A stretch of DNA of 42,774 bases, from the NCBI GenBank assembly GCA_031961525.1, contig JAVRLI010000001.1, positions 1-42,774 of the forward strand, read 5' to 3'. Positions 34,398 through 42,774 of the stretch are shown here, one piece after another (position 1 is the stretch's first letter; every line of letters begins with the position of its first letter). The DNA is from Thermoplasmatota archaeon. GTDB taxonomy: Archaea > Thermoplasmatota > Thermoplasmata > Thermoplasmatales > ARK-15. A program made the position numbers and the translations under genes. Below the pieces are notes generated by a model. The model ran no database searches. It had not been told where the DNA came from and worked only from the letters and a program-made list of their open reading frames with translations.

Positions 34398-37300
34398 ATG
34401 AATGAGATTATTGATGCGTTTTTCAAACAAAAAAGTATTGTTGGCCACCATATTGCGAGCTATAATGCATTCATACCAACACCGGATAATCCAAACAGCA
34501 TTCTTCAACAGATAGTAGATTCAACAAGGGTAACGGATACTGATGAGCCTGGAGAAATGACTCTCGATAAATCAAAAACAGGCGGAAGGGTTATAAAAAT
34601 AAGGTATGGAAGAGTAAAAAAGGATGGGCAGTACAGTGCACCAACGGTTTATGTTTCTGTTGCCAGGGGAAGGGGAGGTTCTGAGGCAAACAGAATAAAT
34701 ACACCCATGGAGGCAAGGTTGAAGGATTTCACATATTCAGCAGAGCTGGGTTTAAGGTTCACGGTCATAGAATGTGATGAAAATGGTGAAAGGTGTGTTG
34801 AACATGAACCGGAGGAGGTAAAGATTGGTGATATTCCAATAATGCTTAAAAGCAAGATATGCGTTCTTCACCCGGATAACATTGATGAGTACATTGAGGA
34901 AAACATAGGGAAGAATGAAAGGGTACCAAGCAAAAGTGATCCTTATGAAAATAAACTCAGCTTTGTTGGTGAGGATCCCAACGATCCCGGTGGATACTTC
35001 ATAATTTCTGGAACTGAAAGGGTTCTTATTACACTGGAGGATCTTGCACCAAACAGGGTACTTGTTGAATATGAGGAAAAGTATGATACAAAGGTTGAAA
35101 CAGCAAAGGTTTTTTCCGAAAATTCCGGTTACAGGGCACTTATTACAGTGGAAAAGAAACTTGACGGAATTCTTGCCGTTTCAATTCCCATAATAAATGG
35201 AACAATACCTCTTGTTATTTTGCTTAAAGCACTTGGTCTGGAGAAGGATGAGGATATATTCAAGAGTATTGTAAGTGACAAAAGAATGGAACCAATTGTT
35301 CTTGCAAACATTGAGGACTGTGAAAGGGAAAACAATTACAGTGAAGAGGGTGTAAAAACAACGGAGGACGCAATACAGTACCTTGAAAAAAGGTTTGCTG
35401 CAGGGCAGGCAAAGGAGTACAGGGAGAAAAGATTATCACAGATCCTTGATAAAAATCTTTTACCCCATCTTGGAGATAAACCTGAGGACAGGCTTAAAAA
35501 GGCTCTTTACCTTTCAAGGATGGCAAGATCTGTCCTTGAATTGCATTTTGGAATAAGGAAGGAGGATGATAAGGATCATCTTGCAAACAAAAGGATGAAA
35601 CTTGCAGGTGATTTACTTGAAGAACTTTTCAGGCAGTCATTTGAAGCTCTTCTTAAGGATCTTAAATACCACCTTGAAAGGACATACAACAGGAAGAAGG
35701 GAATAAAGTTAAAGGCTGCCGTAAGACAGGATGTTCTAACCCAGAAAATTCTGCATGCAATGTCAACAGGTAACTGGGTGGGTGGAAGAACCGGTGTTTC
35801 TCAGCTTCTGGATAGAACATCGCATATGAGCATGCTCAGTCATTTAAGAAGGATATCATCACCATTAACAAGGTCCCAGCCACACTTTGAGGCAAGGGAT
35901 CTTCATCCAACACAGTGGGGTAGGATGTGCCCAAATGAAACACCCGAAGGTCAGAACTGCGGTCTTGTAAAGAATGCAGCCCTCATAATTGATGTTTCCG
36001 AAGATGTTCCAGCATCACAGATGATGAAGGATCTAATAAAATTGGGCCTTAAGCATCTTGAATATGATACGGGCGAAATGAGCAGGGTTTACCTTAACGG
36101 TGATCTTGTTGGTTTTTATCCCAATGGTTCGGAGCTAGCAAGACAGATAAGGGAAAAGAGAAGAAGGGGTGAGATAGACCATAACGTTAACGTGAAATAT
36201 GATGATACAACAAATGAAGTTATCATAAATTCTGATAGAGGGAGGTTGAGAAGGCCTCTACTCATAGTTGAAAATGGAAACATAAAGTATTCAAACAAAA
36301 TGAGGGAGGCTATTAAAAATGGAACAATGAAAATTGATGATCTCATAGTAAACGGTGTTATAGAATGGCTTGATGCGGATGAGGAGGAAAATGCATTTAT
36401 TGCTGTTTATGCCTACAATGTTCCCGATAAATGTCCAGTATGTGGTGCAATCCTTGGAAGGAATGATGTTACATGGACGAACCTTGACAAGAGCGATTCT
36501 TATGTTGAATTGAAATGCAGGTACTGTAACCACACCTTTAAGGTTGAAAAATTGTTGAACAATGAACATACACACCTTGAAATAGATCCAAGTGTAATTC
36601 TCGGTCCAATAGCGGGATCAATACCCTATCCTGACCATAACTCCTCAAGCAGGATAACCATGGGAGCAGCCATGATGAAGCAGTCACTGGGTCTTCCCAT
36701 GTCCAATTACAGGAGGAGACCGGATACAAGGCAGCATTTACTTCACTATCCCCAGGTTCCAATTGTTAAGACAAGGAGCATTGATTTTGCAGGATATAAC
36801 GTTAGACCTGCCGGACAGAATATGGTTGTTGCAATTCTTTCATACCATGGATACAACATACAGGATGCACTTGTTATGAACAAGGCATCAATCGAGAGGG
36901 GTCTTGGAAGATCAACATTCTTCAGAACATATACAACAGAGGAAAGAAGGTATCCGGGAGGGGAGGAGGATAGAATCGAGATACCCAGTCCAGATGTAAG
37001 GGGTGCAAGGAGTGAGGAGGCATACAGGTTCCTTGAGGATGATGGTTTAATTCCACCCGAAACCTTTGTTCAGGGTGGTGATGTTCTTATAGGTAAAACA
37101 TCACCTCCAAGGTTCCTTGAGGAACAGCCCGGAATCCTGGGTCCTCAGAAAAGGAGGGAATCTTCAATAAGCATGAGACCTGAAGAAACAGGTATAGTTG
37201 ACAGTGTTCTTCTAACAACATCAGAAAACAACAACAGACTTGTAAAAATAAAAGTTAGGGATCAAAGGATACCTGAACTTGGAGATAAGTTTGCATCGAG

Positions 37301-38020
37301 GCATGGCCAGAAGGGTGTCCTGGGTGCAATAGTACCGCAGGAGGACATGCCTTTCACTGAGGATGGTATAATACCTGATTTAATAATAAATCCACATGCC
37401 ATACCTTCAAGGTTAACAATCGGGCATTTACTTGAAATGATAGGCGGAAAGGTTGGATCCTTTGAGGGCAGGTTCATAGATGCCACGGTCTTTTCAGGTG
37501 AACCTGAAGAATCTCTGAGACTGGCCTTAATAAGAAATGGTTTCAAGTACACGGGAAGGGAAACAATGTATGATGGTATAACGGGAAGGAAATTTGATGC
37601 GGATATTTACATAGGTGTTATTTATTATCAAAAACTACACCATATGGTTGGTGGAAAGTTCCATGCAAGATCAAGGGGACCTGTACAGATCCTAACAAGA
37701 CAGCCAACAGAGGGTAGATCAAGGCTTGGTGGATTGAGGTTTGGAGAGATGGAAAGGGATACATTGATCGGGCATGGTGCAGCTCTCGTTATAAAGGACA
37801 GGCTTTTGGATCAATCCGATGGAACAATACTTTATGTCTGCGGTAATCCTGATTGTGGGCATATTGCAATATTTGATAGGAAGAAGGGTACGTTGAGATG
37901 TCCAGTTTGTGGAAACACAACAAATATTTATCCCATAGAAACGAGCTATGCATTCAAGTTGATGAGGGATGAGCTGATGAGTCTTGGTGTTATTATGAGA
38001 ATACAGCTGGGTGATCTAAA

Positions 38021-38024
<4 letters not shown>
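34398..38024 (+). CDS. rpoB: DNA-directed RNA polymerase subunit B (Rpo2), unsplit
   Basis: Full-length second-largest subunit: [45 protein letters not shown], and C-terminal Zn site CGNPDCGH...CPVCGN. ATG at 34398 is preferred over GTG at 34389. Confidence 0.95.
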
Positions 38025-42243
<4,219 letters not shown>

Positions 42244-42248
42244 AATGA

Positions 42249-42530
42249 ATGGACATTGTAAGGGAAATTAAGAGAGCCATAGAAACTGGAAAGGTATATT
42301 TCGGACTTGATCAGGCAAGGAAATCTCTTAGAAACAAAACAGCAAAACTTTACATAGTTGCAAGGAACTGTCCTGACTCATATTTCCTTCAGGAAAATGT
42401 TGAAAATGTTCCAACAATAATATTTCAGGGAACATCAACTGAACTTGGATCAGTTTGCGGAAAAATGTTCGATGTATCAATAATAACAGTTATAGATCCT
42501 GGAGAATCATCATTAATTAAAAAAGAGTGA
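42249..42530 (+). CDS. rpl30e: 50S ribosomal protein L30e (eL30)
   Basis: MDIVREIKRAIETGKVYFGLDQARKSLRNKTAKLYIVARNCP... Canonical position after rpoA2. Confidence 0.9.
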   Translation: MDIVREIKRAIETGKVYFGLDQARKSLRNKTAKLYIVARNCPDSYFLQENVENVPTIIFQGTSTELGSVCGKMFDVSIITVIDPGESSLIKKE

Positions 42531-42536
42531 AAATTT

Positions 42537-42774
42537 ATGGGAACGATAAAGCTGGATGAAAACAGTTTAAGGAACATGATGACATTTCAGTCGTTAACAA
42601 GGGTTGACGTTTATGACATTGCGGAGGATGAGGAAAACATAATATTTGTTATCTATCCGGGGACTTTGAGGAAGGCAATTGTCAACAATGGTGAAAACGT
42701 TAAGAAGGTTCAGGAAAAGCTTGGTAAAAAAATAATAATTGTGGAGTATAGCCCGGACATAAAAAGGTTTGTTT
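42537..42774 (+). CDS. nusA: Transcription termination/antitermination factor NusA (archaeal KH-domain type), 5' part; runs off the right edge
   Basis: ATG at 42537, translating to MGTIKLDENSLRNMMTFQSLTRVDVYDIAEDEENIIFVIYPGTLRKAIVNNGENVKKVQEKLGKKIIIVEYSPDIKRFV. Not in the ORF track because there is no stop inside the window. Confidence 0.8.
   Translation, partial: MGTIKLDENSLRNMMTFQSLTRVDVYDIAEDEENIIFVIYPGTLRKAIVNNGENVKKVQEKLGKKIIIVEYSPDIKRFV

Overview
Compact, AT-rich archaeal chromosome segment, almost entirely housekeeping. My inference is a Thermoplasmata-like euryarchaeon, based on an unsplit rpoB, a tRNA gene abutting rpoH, and a phosphoglycolate phosphatase that closely resembles what I remember of Thermoplasma TA0175. 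No search was possible.

Left to right:
- Redox genes: a Bcp-type peroxiredoxin fragment and an aldo/keto reductase.
- The conserved minus-strand operon rpoE'-spt4-DUF359(DPCK)-S24e-S27ae, followed by tRNA-Arg.
- A second peroxiredoxin divergent from an Lrp regulator.
- Elp3, pyrF, a RecJ/GAN-like DHH protein and truD.
- A decayed DsrE-like pseudogene and a ferritin-like protein.
- The S12-S7-EF-2-EF-1alpha-S10 block.
- A wHTH plus radical-SAM gene pair, a PHP protein, an archaeal AsnA-type AsnRS paralog and gcvPA/gcvPB.
- A MiaB/MtaB-like methylthiotransferase and Pcc1.
- A four-gene coupled operon ending in an aTrm56-HD fusion and Hjc.
- Rpp21 and a HAD phosphatase.
- A membrane/transport cluster (MscS, APC-USP, MFS) and tRNA-Leu.
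- tRNA-Lys followed directly by rpoH-rpoB-rpoA1-rpoA2-L30e-nusA (nusA partial).

I saw no CRISPR array, transposase, integrase or recognisable defence system, and no convincing novel multi-gene system. The most unusual items are lineage-specific additions to core machinery:
- a 124-codon N-terminal extension on RNAP A''
- a 4-Cys zinc-ribbon insertion in RNAP B
- the aTrm56-HD fusion
- an uncharacterised wHTH/radical-SAM pair
- a frameshifted DsrE-like relic

All family calls rest on motif recognition by eye. No BLAST, HMM or tRNAscan run was possible.
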